64,000 bases of DNA from a virus, in IMG/VR virus record IMGVR_UViG_3300010354_000079, positions 1 through 64,000 of that record; one strand, 5' to 3'. Numbering within the stretch: position 1 is the stretch's first letter; each line of letters begins with the position of its first letter. This document shows, in pieces, positions 44,721 through 53,970 of this stretch. The notes under the pieces are model-generated. The model saw only the letters and a program-made list of their open reading frames with translations, ran no database searches and was not told where the DNA came from. A program made the position numbers and the translations under genes.

Positions 44721-45200
44721 TCAAAGGCGGGACACACACACGTTAGCAAGACCGCTTTCGGTAACACCCAGTTGACTGGCGGCTCCGTGGCCGAGGTCAA
44801 TTATTCTACCACCGACATATGGCCCACGGTCGTTGATTCGGACGTCGGCTACACGGCCATTGTCCTTGTTTCGAACTCGAACCCATGTCCCCATGGGAAG
44901 TGTGGGATGCGCTGCGGTCATAGTTCCACGGCGATAGACCTCTCCGTTTGCAGTCAGGTTTCCGTAGAATCCTGGACCGTACCAACTGGCTTGCCCGCAT
45001 TGTGCAGCATTTGCTGGAGTTGCAAGAGGCAAACAAAGAGCGGAAGCAAGGGCCAGTTTGGATAAAATTCGCATTGAAAAAGAAGAACTCAACATTCGTG
45101 TTTGTTGCTTTTGGCAACCACGACTCTCAGCCTGTCTTTCCAGGCATGAAACCATGATAGCTGGTTCGAGAGAGTCTGTAAAGGACGGGAAACCGGCCAT
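44721..45200 (-). CDS. RlpA-like DPBB lipoprotein
   Basis: ASWYGPGFYGNLTANGEVY...AAHPTLPMGTWVRVRN...VRINDRGPY; likely start at internal MRILSKLALASALCLPLA signal peptide. Confidence 0.55.
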   Translation of the reverse strand: MAGFPSFTDSLEPAIMVSCLERQAESRGCQKQQTRMLSSSFSMRILSKLALASALCLPLATPANAAQCGQASWYGPGFYGNLTANGEVYRRGTMTAAHPTLPMGTWVRVRNKDNGRVADVRINDRGPYVGGRIIDLGHGAASQLGVTESGLANVCVSRL

Positions 45201-45874
45201 CAGACCCCCTCACCGAGAAGTTCAGCTAGATTTCGCTCATAGAAGCGGACAAGATCGGAAAACCTTTTCACAGGTTGTCCGTAGTAACTATTTCCAGAAA
45301 GAGTTGGAAAAGATGCCCACTCTGGAGCAAGACGTGCGGCAAGTTCCGGCGTCATTCGCCCGGAATCTGCTAAGGTGAGAGCACCTCTTTTCTCGATCAA
45401 GTAGAGAGCGGCCTGGTCTTGGTTTGCCGGCTCAAAACTTTTGAGGTTTAACTTTGAAGCAGCCTCCCTCCAGGTCCCCGGCATGAACTGGTAAGCTCCA
45501 GCGGCGGCGCTTGCGTAACCACCGGAGTACTGGACACGGTCGGGATGCTCCTCGAGAGAAGAAATTGTTCGTCCACCAAATAGAATTCTGTAGCCAGTTT
45601 CCTGTCCATCGGACCAGGTACCTTCGGCGTAACGAATGGTGTTTAGAAGGGCTCTGCGCTCAGGTGTGAGATTGTAAGTGGGAGCCGGAAAGAATTTTTC
45701 AGAATCGCAGCCTGTGCAAATGGGGCTCGAATCCAAATTGAAGTCTGGAGCAAAATCTCTGATTGCGACTTGTTGAGTAATCGAAGGTTGAAGCGATTTC
45801 TCAGGAAGGGCAATCAAGGGATTCACGGCAGTTCCAACAAGGGAAACGGCCACAAGTGTAGTGAGGTTAAGCAT
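45200..45874 (-). CDS. GH104-type muramidase / lytic transglycosylase (secreted)
   Basis: signal peptide; RALLNTIRYAEGT...YRILFGG...SSLEEHP...SAAAGAYQFMPGTW. Confidence 0.55.
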   Translation of the reverse strand: MLNLTTLVAVSLVGTAVNPLIALPEKSLQPSITQQVAIRDFAPDFNLDSSPICTGCDSEKFFPAPTYNLTPERRALLNTIRYAEGTWSDGQETGYRILFGGRTISSLEEHPDRVQYSGGYASAAAGAYQFMPGTWREAASKLNLKSFEPANQDQAALYLIEKRGALTLADSGRMTPELAARLAPEWASFPTLSGNSYYGQPVKRFSDLVRFYERNLAELLGEGV

Positions 45875-46113
45875 TCATAAGAACAGAAATCAGCATCCGT
45901 ATAGGGAACGGTCACTCGCCTGTTTCAGGGCGCATTTCCCCACGGCACAAGAGATTTAGGAGCACAATATCAGGCTCTGAGTCCCGCTCCACCGTTTTGG
46001 CAGAGAGCCTCCTCATAAAAGGCGACTCTGAAAGTCCCAGGACAAAACCAGTATAGCGCGGACCCTATTAAGTAAACCACATGCTTTACCAACCCCTGTA
46101 AAGGGACCTGCGG

Positions 46114-46308
46114 TCATCTCTCTTTTTTATCCGGTACCACAAAATGCACAGGAGGGTATGTGCGACAGTATTCTCGAAATTCTTCTTTCAACCGCTCCCA
46201 CTCCACTGAGTTTGCCTCTCTATCCATTTGAAGTGCGGCGGTTGGTATATTCCATCGGGCAGAAAATAACATGGAAAAGGCTTTCTGCTCTTTTGATTCT
46301 TCTTCCAT
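46114..46308 (-). CDS. hypothetical protein (64 aa)
   Basis: ORF track. Confidence 0.3.
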   Translation of the reverse strand: MEEESKEQKAFSMLFSARWNIPTAALQMDREANSVEWERLKEEFREYCRTYPPVHFVVPDKKER

Positions 46309-46332
46309 GTTCCTTCTCTGTCTTTAGCTAGC

Positions 46333-46689
46333 TTACCCTCGGCCCCACCGTATTAATCTTGAGAGTGTGCCTTGTTTCGAGGTTCTCCATAAGGGAAACT
46401 CGGAGAGTAGATAGCGATTTTCCTCTCGTAGAAGGCAAGCGATTGCGCTCGGGTCGTACCCAGGGTAATCGGGGTCATGAAACTCCACCACAGTGATTCC
46501 GTGGGACTCTAGGACTGCGGAAATCTGCAGAAGTTCCCATCTATCCTTAGCAGTCAGCCATACAAAAGGAGGATGTTCTTCTGAAAGAGAACTCGGGTAG
46601 ATTCGGGACAGCTCAAGCTGGGCGTGCGCTGCTTGAATAGCTTGTTGATGGATGGGGAGATCCCGTCGGGAAATTGCGTAGAAGTGCAT
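46333..46689 (-). CDS. hypothetical protein (118 aa)
   Basis: ORF track. Confidence 0.35.
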   Translation of the reverse strand: MHFYAISRRDLPIHQQAIQAAHAQLELSRIYPSSLSEEHPPFVWLTAKDRWELLQISAVLESHGITVVEFHDPDYPGYDPSAIACLLREENRYLLSEFPLWRTSKQGTLSRLIRWGRG

Positions 46690-46955
46690 TTGGGTGGTTT
46701 TACTGGTGGTGGCAATTTGCGTATCGCTCGAAAAGTCGCTGCTCAGATTTCATCGAGTTTTCCAGAAATTTTCGATAACTTTTGATCACACTCGTCAGTG
46801 CAGAAATTTCACCGTCTTGTACTGGTTTAGCCCTCGCATAAAGGTTTCCATGTCTGGAGCTTCTTCGGCGTCGGAGCGAAACTGCTCTCGAGACTCAGGA
46901 GCGATTTGTTGTATCATGGCCGCGAGGGTGCGGCATGTTTCCGGATTGTTCAGGT

Positions 46956-48332
46956 TCATTGTAAGTCTTTTGGTAGTTCAGGGTCTTCTGCAACTATGAT
47001 AGCGCCACGGTTGAGAACGACCCAGTAATCTTGCCCGATTTGGGGTATTCTGTAAGCGTGAATACCAAGTGCGGCGGCGGCGGCTCCAGCGTCGATAAAA
47101 ACACGTCCGGTTGTTCTTTCCGCTTTCCCGATGATTTCTCTTTCCCACTGTGGAAAGGTCTTACCGTCTTCGTCAGTCTGTGCCAAGTTTGCGTCGGAAC
47201 GAAAGGCGAATGCCGTTACTCGAGATGCCGCACCTCCTTCTCCTCCGGAGTAAGAGATTGCAGTCTCTTGTGCCCACCTATCATGTTTTGTGTTTCCTTT
47301 TATGGTGGAGGAAGCAGCATAACTTCCGTCCCCGTAAATCCCCTGCCCCGGGAAATGGGCCTCGCCGTTCGGCCCGCCACCTTTGAACTGAAGAGAGTAT
47401 TCCTCAGTTGTGACCCCACGATAGGCAATGATCGGCCTTCCGTCGGGGTTTCTGGCTATGTCGCTTCTTGCTTCTAAATCGGACCTTTTCGCAACAACCT
47501 CTGGTTTTGCATTAAACCCCTGTTTTGCGTAGATCGTTGCGAGACGCGGAGGACTCACTGAGGACAAGTCGCCCTTTTCTGCGTATTGTATATCTAGCTC
47601 AAGCGAAAAAATTCGTCTCTTAATGTACCTAGCGTCAGAGGGGAGAGCCTCACTCAATTCCTTTTTCTGTGCCTCCAGCTCTTCTTTCAACTCCCTTAAA
47701 ACAAGTGCCTTTGTTACTTTAGGGAGCGGCTTGAGACTACCTGGAGTTTGAGTGTATTTCGGGGACTGTTTTAAGAGCTCACTTTCTCCTTGCTTAGAAC
47801 TTGCGGGAACTTTCGACTGCGTCTCGGTCTCAACCTGAGCTTTTTTGGAGTCCAGGTGAGCCTTCATTCTCAATGCTCTTAGAGCTATGAGAGTGTTTAC
47901 TGTGAGCGGTGTCCTAAATCCAGGATTGCTCTTTATAAGTCTGGCCAGTGTCTGGATATTTTTTTCTATGTCCTCGGGCTTAGTGTTCTCGTGTGCTTTC
48001 AGCTCTTTTAAGATCTTAACCCTGCGCTCAGACTTGCTTTCTTTTTTGGGCTCGGGTGCCCCTTCCATGCGACTTGCAGCTGCGGCCATGCGAGCTCTTG
48101 TTTCAGCCTGCCTTGCCTTCTTTTCTGCAGGCGTCAGCTTAACCTTTTTGGAACGGGACTTAGGTGGCGATGCAACCTTGGCTTCTTCGGTACCCTTTCG
48201 ACACTTCCCTGATGTACCGTACACTGTTCCATTGGGCCTCACGCACCGTGTGAAGTCAAAGGAATCTTCCGAGTATCGGTAAATGAGATCAGAGCACAAG
48301 TCTAAAGCTTCTTCGGAAATTCTTCCTTGCAT
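46956..48332 (-). CDS. N-module protein with C-terminal R-S-ExE mono-ADP-ribosyltransferase-like domain
   Basis: N-term SFDFTRCVRPNGTVYGTSGKCRKGTE; C-term IIAYRGV (Arg), SYAASST (STS-like), FPQWEREII (Q/ExE). Confidence 0.45.
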   Translation of the reverse strand: MQGRISEEALDLCSDLIYRYSEDSFDFTRCVRPNGTVYGTSGKCRKGTEEAKVASPPKSRSKKVKLTPAEKKARQAETRARMAAAASRMEGAPEPKKESKSERRVKILKELKAHENTKPEDIEKNIQTLARLIKSNPGFRTPLTVNTLIALRALRMKAHLDSKKAQVETETQSKVPASSKQGESELLKQSPKYTQTPGSLKPLPKVTKALVLRELKEELEAQKKELSEALPSDARYIKRRIFSLELDIQYAEKGDLSSVSPPRLATIYAKQGFNAKPEVVAKRSDLEARSDIARNPDGRPIIAYRGVTTEEYSLQFKGGGPNGEAHFPGQGIYGDGSYAASSTIKGNTKHDRWAQETAISYSGGEGGAASRVTAFAFRSDANLAQTDEDGKTFPQWEREIIGKAERTTGRVFIDAGAAAAALGIHAYRIPQIGQDYWVVLNRGAIIVAEDPELPKDLQ

Positions 48333-48334
48333 CT

Positions 48335-49909
48335 TCAGTCCACTACAGGGGTTTTTCTGAGTCTCTTTATCTCGTCTTGTAAGGATTCGTATCTTTCCTT
48401 CAAAGCCTTGAATCTTAAAACGAGCTCTCGGGCCTGCCTATCTTGTTTTACCCCTTCTGCTCCTAATCTCTCTTTCGCAGACAAGAAGCGCTCTTGTACC
48501 ACTTTCATATCCCCTTTGATATCGTCAAGGTCTTCCTCAAGATTTTTGATTCGACGAGCTTTTCCCTTGGTAGTTAAGCCTCCTTGGGCAATCGCACGAG
48601 CATTCCCTCCTTTCTTTTCCTCGCCTAGCAGCTGCCGAGCTTTAGCTTTTGCGGCGGCGAGAGTCGGAATACGCTGAATCTGATGCCTCTTTCCATCGGG
48701 AGTCCTTAGATCCAGGTCGTAGGAGGCTTGCCCTTTTATTCCTCCTCCCCCTTTTAATGCTCCGGGAGCGGATATTCTACCAACTCGTTCCCCTTTATGG
48801 TCGATGGCGAACAGTCCCGTCTCGAGACGAGTAATTTCAACCTCGACACCTTTGCGGCACTTTCCTGCAGTGCCGTAGGCGGATCCATCCGGTCTGACAC
48901 AACGTGTGAAGTCATAGTACTCTGATTTCCCTTCAAAAAAGTCGGATCTATCTGGGACTTTCGCCTTACCCGAAAGGAAATCCTCACCGGTCAAGATTTG
49001 GAGCCAAACTTTCACTTCTTCGATTTCAGAAGAGTTTTCCGAGAAATACAGGGAAGTGGGATCTTTTTCTTGGTTCAAGAATGTTTCCCTATCCCTCGTG
49101 GGTACCATAGCCCCATCCTTCTTTTGCGAATACATGTTCTCGTCCCTCTCGTCCCTCTTGCTGAACCCAACTCGCATGTACGCTCTTTGTCTCTCCTCCC
49201 CTTTTCCGTCTGCTTCCCATGCCGAAGTTTTAACTATAGTTCCTTCAGGTAGAGATCGAATTAAGGAGTCCCAGCATTTCTTAGCCATAAAGGCAATTTC
49301 GATTTGCTCTCGTCTATCTTTCACCTCCCCCGCCGAAAATCTTCCATTGACTGTAAAGTTGAATCCATCATTGGGAGAGTATGTTATAGTGAGATTGTTT
49401 CCTCCTTTTGACTTTGACAACATAACAACACCAGAGGTGCCGGTAACTCTCAGCTCAACACCCTTTGGCACACTTTTTTCTAAACGGGAAAGGAACTTTC
49501 GGTTATTTTCGGCTTGCTTAAGAGCAATTTTTGCAGAGGCTAAATTGTTCTTTAACGTTTCTTTCTTTTTGTTTTTGGTCTCCAGGGGTAGGTCTTCACT
49601 GTCTAGATCTTTCAGCTTGCCCGGAAGACTTTCCTTCAGTGTTTCATAATCTTCTCTAGCTGATTCCACATCAAACGCAGAGTATTTGATCTGGTTTTGA
49701 TCTATGTTAACTAACCCCCTACCGCTTAATTTTTTAGGTTTATACGCCTCCTCCCCTCCCCGTTCCGGTTTAGCTTGCTCAGTTCCTTTCCTGCACTTTC
49801 CTCGACTCCCGTAAGCCGAGCCGTCCGGTCGAACGCATCTTGCAAAGTCATGAACCAAATCTCTCAAGAACTTGGGATTTTGTCGAGTAGGTCTTGCCAA
49901 AGCCAGCAT
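48335..49909 (-). CDS. N-module family protein carrying two copies of the module
   Basis: HDFARCVRPDGSAYGSRGKCRKGTE near N-terminus and YYDFTRCVRPDGSAYGTAGKCRKGVE at ~aa 330; coiled-coil C-terminus. Confidence 0.5.
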   Translation of the reverse strand: MLALARPTRQNPKFLRDLVHDFARCVRPDGSAYGSRGKCRKGTEQAKPERGGEEAYKPKKLSGRGLVNIDQNQIKYSAFDVESAREDYETLKESLPGKLKDLDSEDLPLETKNKKKETLKNNLASAKIALKQAENNRKFLSRLEKSVPKGVELRVTGTSGVVMLSKSKGGNNLTITYSPNDGFNFTVNGRFSAGEVKDRREQIEIAFMAKKCWDSLIRSLPEGTIVKTSAWEADGKGEERQRAYMRVGFSKRDERDENMYSQKKDGAMVPTRDRETFLNQEKDPTSLYFSENSSEIEEVKVWLQILTGEDFLSGKAKVPDRSDFFEGKSEYYDFTRCVRPDGSAYGTAGKCRKGVEVEITRLETGLFAIDHKGERVGRISAPGALKGGGGIKGQASYDLDLRTPDGKRHQIQRIPTLAAAKAKARQLLGEEKKGGNARAIAQGGLTTKGKARRIKNLEEDLDDIKGDMKVVQERFLSAKERLGAEGVKQDRQARELVLRFKALKERYESLQDEIKRLRKTPVVD

Positions 49910-49941
49910 TCAAATCTCTGAAAGTAGTTTACCCCTTAAAC

Positions 49942-50208
49942 TCAGTCGTAGCAAATCCAAAAGTCCCCTACTTGACCTTCTTCCTCGTAGGACTTAGTCT
50001 CAGCTAAGGTCTTGAAAGTCAAGTCCAACTCCTGAGGAGAGTAGTAAACGTTTCCGTCCCAGTGCCTGAACGGTAACCTTTCGCTCCACCACTGTGATTC
50101 AAAATGCAAAGATGTTGAAAATCTTTTGACCTTCCAAGAGCCGCCCTGAACCGAAGTGGCCGTATATCTTTTGTCATCGGGACCCTGAAGTAGCAGCACT
50201 CTGGTCAT
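49942..50208 (-). CDS. hypothetical protein (88 aa)
   Basis: ORF track. Confidence 0.35.
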   Translation of the reverse strand: MTRVLLLQGPDDKRYTATSVQGGSWKVKRFSTSLHFESQWWSERLPFRHWDGNVYYSPQELDLTFKTLAETKSYEEEGQVGDFWICYD

Positions 50209-50453
50209 TTCTCCTCCCTGGCCAGTGTGAATTTGTCCAGCAATCGGACTTTAGCTTCCTTCAGGTCTGAATAGGTGATCACCCCTCCGAAACCTCCGGC
50301 TCTCTCATTAGCTTCTTTCAGGAGGCCCCCCAGAACAGAGTCTGAGAAGCGAAAAGCATAACGAGCTGTCTTTTCGTTCTCGTAGCAACCAGACATCCAA
50401 ACTTGGTGGCTGCTAAGGGAGTATGTACCGTCTTCGTGCTTATAGAGCGCCAT
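50205..50453 (-). CDS. hypothetical protein (82 aa)
   Basis: ORF track; ATGA overlap. Confidence 0.35.
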   Translation of the reverse strand: MALYKHEDGTYSLSSHQVWMSGCYENEKTARYAFRFSDSVLGGLLKEANERAGGFGGVITYSDLKEAKVRLLDKFTLAREEK

Positions 50454-50467
50454 TCAGGTTCTCCGGT

Positions 50468-50767
50468 TCAGGGTAGATCGTCCTGAACAATAACAGTGGT
50501 GGTCCGAAGCCTACGCTTCTCTTCCCTACACTTGATCCACTCCACCAGAATTCTTACATTATCCGCCATCCGAAGAGAATCTTTTTCATGAGCGAGGTTT
50601 ATAATCATGTTTTCCAAGGCTCGGTTGGTCTCTTCCTGAATAAGTTCACTAAACTCCCTGGATAGCCTCTCGTGAACAGTTCTACTGATCTCTTCTTTGA
50701 CTTGAGCAACGATGGCTTTTTCTGCGACGTCAAGGACGGAAAAAGCGGATTCGAAGTTGATTGACAT
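50468..50767 (-). CDS. hypothetical protein (99 aa)
   Basis: ORF track. Confidence 0.35.
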   Translation of the reverse strand: MSINFESAFSVLDVAEKAIVAQVKEEISRTVHERLSREFSELIQEETNRALENMIINLAHEKDSLRMADNVRILVEWIKCREEKRRLRTTTVIVQDDLP

Positions 50768-50779
50768 TTGTTTTCTACT

Positions 50780-51175
50780 TTAAGCGGAGGATAAGGGGGA
50801 GAAGATTTCCTGTTTCGCAAGCTCGGGGTCAACATTCGGAACAAACCCTTCAGCGCACATTCGAAGGTAAGCGACTCCCCAAGGTACCCCGTCTTTCTTA
50901 GAGAGAAGAGAAGCGTAAAGAATGTATCCAGGGACGAGCAAAGATGCGAACCTTTGACACCACTCGTCACCAGCATATTGCTTCTGCCTTTCCATTGCTA
51001 AGCCCTCTGTAAACTCCCTGTAATCGGAATCGCTCTCGATTACAACATTGTTCAAATCAGGGGAGACTACTCCGTACTTGCTAATCAAGGCTTTTAAATC
51101 TTGTATGCTTGTGCAAGAATCAAGTTCCTTCTTGTAATCAGAGTCCAAATCTGAATCGTACGTGACCCGCAACAT
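50780..51175 (-). CDS. hypothetical protein (131 aa)
   Basis: ORF track; start right after GC hairpin + TTTCAA. Confidence 0.35.
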   Translation of the reverse strand: MLRVTYDSDLDSDYKKELDSCTSIQDLKALISKYGVVSPDLNNVVIESDSDYREFTEGLAMERQKQYAGDEWCQRFASLLVPGYILYASLLSKKDGVPWGVAYLRMCAEGFVPNVDPELAKQEIFSPLSSA

Positions 51176-51195
51176 TTTGTTTTTGAGTGGTTGAA

Positions 51196-51216
51196 AGGGG
51201 GGCCGAAGCCCCCCGA
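51196..51216 (-). terminator. GC hairpin + U tract at the 3' end of the tmRNA coding piece
   Basis: CGGGGGGCUUCGGCCCCCC-UUUC. Confidence 0.45.
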
Positions 51217-51445
51217 GTGAGTCAGAGTGCGTTGCTCAAACGGCAACCGCAGTCCTCTCAAATTTGACGATTTTGTTAGCGTCTATTTTGTGCTTATGCA
51301 AGCGGCTTTCACTTAGGTGACAATTTCGCCCCGTCGAAACCTTTGCAGCCCCGTGAGAGCCCCGAAGGGCGGAGGCAAAAGTGGAACTGAACGGACTCGA
51401 ACCGTTGTCCGAAGCGGCGTCCTCCCAAGCTACACCTAGTTTAGA
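51205..51445 (-). ncRNA. ssrA: two-piece (circularly permuted) tmRNA gene
   Basis: acceptor piece ...CUUCGGACAACGGUUCGAGUCCGUU-CAGUUCC-A (T-arm + 3' acceptor strand) lies upstream of coding piece GGGGCUGCAAAGGUUUCGACGGGG... (5' acceptor strand pairs with CAGUUCC via 2 G-U); resume context AAAAUAGAC-GCU AAC AAA AUC GUC AAA UUU GAG AGG ACU GCG GUU GCC GUU UGA gives tag ANKIVKFERTAVAV; ends with GC hairpin GGGGGGCUUCGGCCCCCC-UUUC. Confidence 0.6.
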
Positions 51446-51467
51446 GTCTTACGGTAGGACTGTAAAA

Positions 51468-51674
51468 TCAGATTGTTTCGAAACTAAGACCACTTGATTC
51501 TGTGGACCAGACACTGACTCTAAGCTTCACGCCTGAAGGAAATTCAAGAAGAACATTTTCTGAAAAGCCGCAAACATCTTTGTAGGAGTAAGAGATAATG
51601 TCTCCGGACTCTACCAGCTTGTCCAGGTCTTCATCAGAGAGGTTTTCCACGTTGTTTGTGAGAGAAGGTGTCAT
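51468..51674 (-). CDS. hypothetical protein (68 aa)
   Basis: ORF track. Confidence 0.3.
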   Translation of the reverse strand: MTPSLTNNVENLSDEDLDKLVESGDIISYSYKDVCGFSENVLLEFPSGVKLRVSVWSTESSGLSFETI

Positions 51675-51688
51675 GACTAAGGGTTGGT

Positions 51689-51937
51689 TCAGGCAACGAG
51701 TGCAGGACGACGAAAGGCAACCCAGCCCCTATCACGAAAGTACTCAAACTCCGCTACCAAAGTGTATGAGCGGTCCAGATTCTGCTCTTCCAGGGCAGCC
51801 CTTTCCAAGAAGATAAAGTCCCCGGATTTCAAAAGATCGAGGGCGTGGGAAACGATGTAGAGGAAAGGCTCAGGGGAGTCGAAACCAACGATCTTGGTTA
51901 CCACGTTGCCTGAGACGGAGAGCCTGTAGTGTTTCAT
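51689..51937 (-). CDS. hypothetical protein (82 aa)
   Basis: ATG 6 nt after TATGAT of cassette E16. Confidence 0.4.
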   Translation of the reverse strand: MKHYRLSVSGNVVTKIVGFDSPEPFLYIVSHALDLLKSGDFIFLERAALEEQNLDRSYTLVAEFEYFRDRGWVAFRRPALVA

Positions 51938-51941
51938 GCCT

Positions 51942-51988
51942 TAATCATAGCCGCTCGCACCACGAGCGTAAAGGGCGGGAAACCGCCC
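51942..51988 (-). promoter_or_regulatory. cassette E16 (type A; TATGAT, ATG +6)
   Basis: GGGCGGTTTCCCGCCCTTTACG-N17-TATGATtaaggcATG. Confidence 0.55.
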
Positions 51989-52267
51989 TCAGAGTCCAAG
52001 GTTTTCGAGTTCCTCTTGGGAGAGCCTTTTGTTTTCAGCCCTCCTTCGCTTCGGGTGAAGAACCTTATCACTATGGCAAACTTTACATCTTGGGTTGCCG
52101 CAGTCTAAGGGGTCACTGGACATTGCCCTACCGAAGCAATACATCTCAATATAGGAGGGACTAAAGTCGAGACTCCCTAAAAGTTTTTTCCAGTTTTTGT
52201 GGAGTCTTTCGGTGTGGTGCCTTCGAATTGCTGCTTTTGCCATATCAGGAAAACTGTCCGGAGTCAA
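51989..52267 (-). CDS. hypothetical Cys-containing protein (92 aa)
   Basis: ORF track. Confidence 0.35.
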   Translation of the reverse strand: MTPDSFPDMAKAAIRRHHTERLHKNWKKLLGSLDFSPSYIEMYCFGRAMSSDPLDCGNPRCKVCHSDKVLHPKRRRAENKRLSQEELENLGL

Positions 52268-53144
52268 CCCACTCAGCTTTAATTAAAGACCACCAGTCGG
52301 AAGTTAGCCCAGAGAGAACGTACTGGTAAGGGAGCCAACCGTAACCACTTTGCCCCCAAGAGGTCCCCCAAGAGTTTCGAATCAGTAATGCCCCGGTAGT
52401 CTGGGTTCCCCCGATGATTGAGTTGGTAATCTTTTTGTTATCGTCGTATCCCATCACAGAAACTGCGTGACCGCCAAGACTAGACTCGTTTCTGGTTGGA
52501 AAAGGGAGGTGTCCCCCATTTGATCCAGCCTGCAAATATGAACTAAAAACTGTAAACCCGAACATTACAGGGAGGCCCTTTGAGAGGTTGGTCTTGATTT
52601 GGGTCAGAAGGACACTGTTGGAAATCCCCGGAGTATCAAGGCGATAGTATGATAGGGTTTGAAAATTTTGAGCAAAAGAGTATAGAAAAGCCGATGGCTC
52701 TTCGTCAAAAAGAGTAATGTCATAGGGGTAGTAGGACTCTGGGGGAACACCAAACAAAGTCAAAGCACCCATTACGCTTCTCAGGTACGCTCCAGTATCC
52801 CCGGTAACCTGCATTAGGTTTCGTGTCGTCTTGTATAGGAATAAACGAGAGCCATCGATGTGTTTTCCGAAAGCCTTTCGCTCAAAGTACTCAAGAATTC
52901 CGATTGCTGCGTGAGCGGTGCAAGAGCCGATTTCCCCTTGGTCTTCTATCGGAGAGCAAAACTGACGCAAGTCTGTTGTTGCCGGTAGGGTAACTCTGGA
53001 TGCTGCCCCTATAGGAGAAACAGCTCCCAATTTCAAAAGCATTGAGTTTATCGATGGTTTCTTAGCCGAAGCTGCTTCAGTGGATACTCCGTAATCACGA
53101 AAGTCGGGGAGATCCCTAACCCACCCGAAACATCTTTTTGTCAT
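52245..53144 (-). CDS. papain-family (C1) cysteine peptidase
   Basis: QGEIGSCTAHA (Q...CxAxx), GGHAVSVMGYDD (His), NSWGTSWGQSGYGW (Asn-Ser-Trp). Confidence 0.65.
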   Translation of the reverse strand: MTKRCFGWVRDLPDFRDYGVSTEAASAKKPSINSMLLKLGAVSPIGAASRVTLPATTDLRQFCSPIEDQGEIGSCTAHAAIGILEYFERKAFGKHIDGSRLFLYKTTRNLMQVTGDTGAYLRSVMGALTLFGVPPESYYPYDITLFDEEPSAFLYSFAQNFQTLSYYRLDTPGISNSVLLTQIKTNLSKGLPVMFGFTVFSSYLQAGSNGGHLPFPTRNESSLGGHAVSVMGYDDNKKITNSIIGGTQTTGALLIRNSWGTSWGQSGYGWLPYQYVLSGLTSDWWSLIKAEWVDSGQFS

Positions 53145-53472
53145 GATAGTGAAACTTCTATAACGGTTTTACCCGCTACCAACTCAGTTAACTACGGCTG
53201 GTAGTGTTCCGGATAAGGCTCAACTTCTCGAGCGTATACCCAAACTTCCGACAGAGTCGAGGAAATGCAAGTTTGGCACTCTAAAGAAGGAAACCAGTAT
53301 CCGGGGGAAGCGTAGCAGACCCACTGATCAACCTCCTTCTCGAGATAGGAGATTCCTGGAAGAGCGAGAATCCTTTCCGCGAGTTTCGGCATAGTTACTT
53401 CTTTACCTGACTATTGCTCTCGTCAGAGGGTTCAAATACTATACCCCAGGAATTTTGGTTTTGTGTTTGGCC

Positions 53473-53940
53473 TTAGGTGAAAGAGGGTTCAAGCAGAAGT
53501 CGAAGCATTTCTTGAATCGTCGCGTAGACCTGGTCGTCTTTCGAGAACGAGAACTTTTCCATTGCTTTTCCGTCAATCCACTCTCGAATTCCCGTTCCGA
53601 ATTCCGTAGAGCGAGCGTACCAGTCACACACCATTTCGGCTACGTATACCTTGGGCATGTCATGGATACTCCCCCAGTACTCGGGGTGGTGGGGATTGAC
53701 GGTCTGATGATGCTTCACTACTTCTGGTAGGAGAGGGTCAGAGTAGAAAAGGTGGTCAAACTCAATCCCCTTGAACTTTGAGTTATCATGAATCTGCCCA
53801 TTGGCAATCAAATTGCGACCCAACTCAATGTCTCCTCGCTTCATTAGTTTGAGACCGAGTTTGTAACAACTTCTTTGAACGTTTTGAATGTGATTGAAGA
53901 CAAGTTCAATCTTGTCTATAGCTTCGGACTCAAGACTCAT
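53473..53940 (-). CDS. hypothetical His-rich protein (start MSLESE)
   Basis: ATG 32 nt after TATAAT of cassette E17. Confidence 0.4.
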   Translation of the reverse strand: MSLESEAIDKIELVFNHIQNVQRSCYKLGLKLMKRGDIELGRNLIANGQIHDNSKFKGIEFDHLFYSDPLLPEVVKHHQTVNPHHPEYWGSIHDMPKVYVAEMVCDWYARSTEFGTGIREWIDGKAMEKFSFSKDDQVYATIQEMLRLLLEPSFT

Positions 53941-53970
53941 GACTGGACCCAAGAGGCGGGACTCAACCCT

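Noticed and set aside
44861-44890. cgaactcgaaccc T-loop-like sequence
   Set aside because: It lies inside the RlpA-like coding sequence with no surrounding tRNA structure; coincidental.
45875-46045. Possible riboswitch/ncRNA in the ~160-nt leader upstream of the GH104 gene (GGTTTACTtaatagggtccgcgcTATACT promoter-like site at ~46040)
   Set aside because: No recognisable riboswitch consensus is visible by eye. It may simply be a long 5' UTR. Left for covariance-model scanning.
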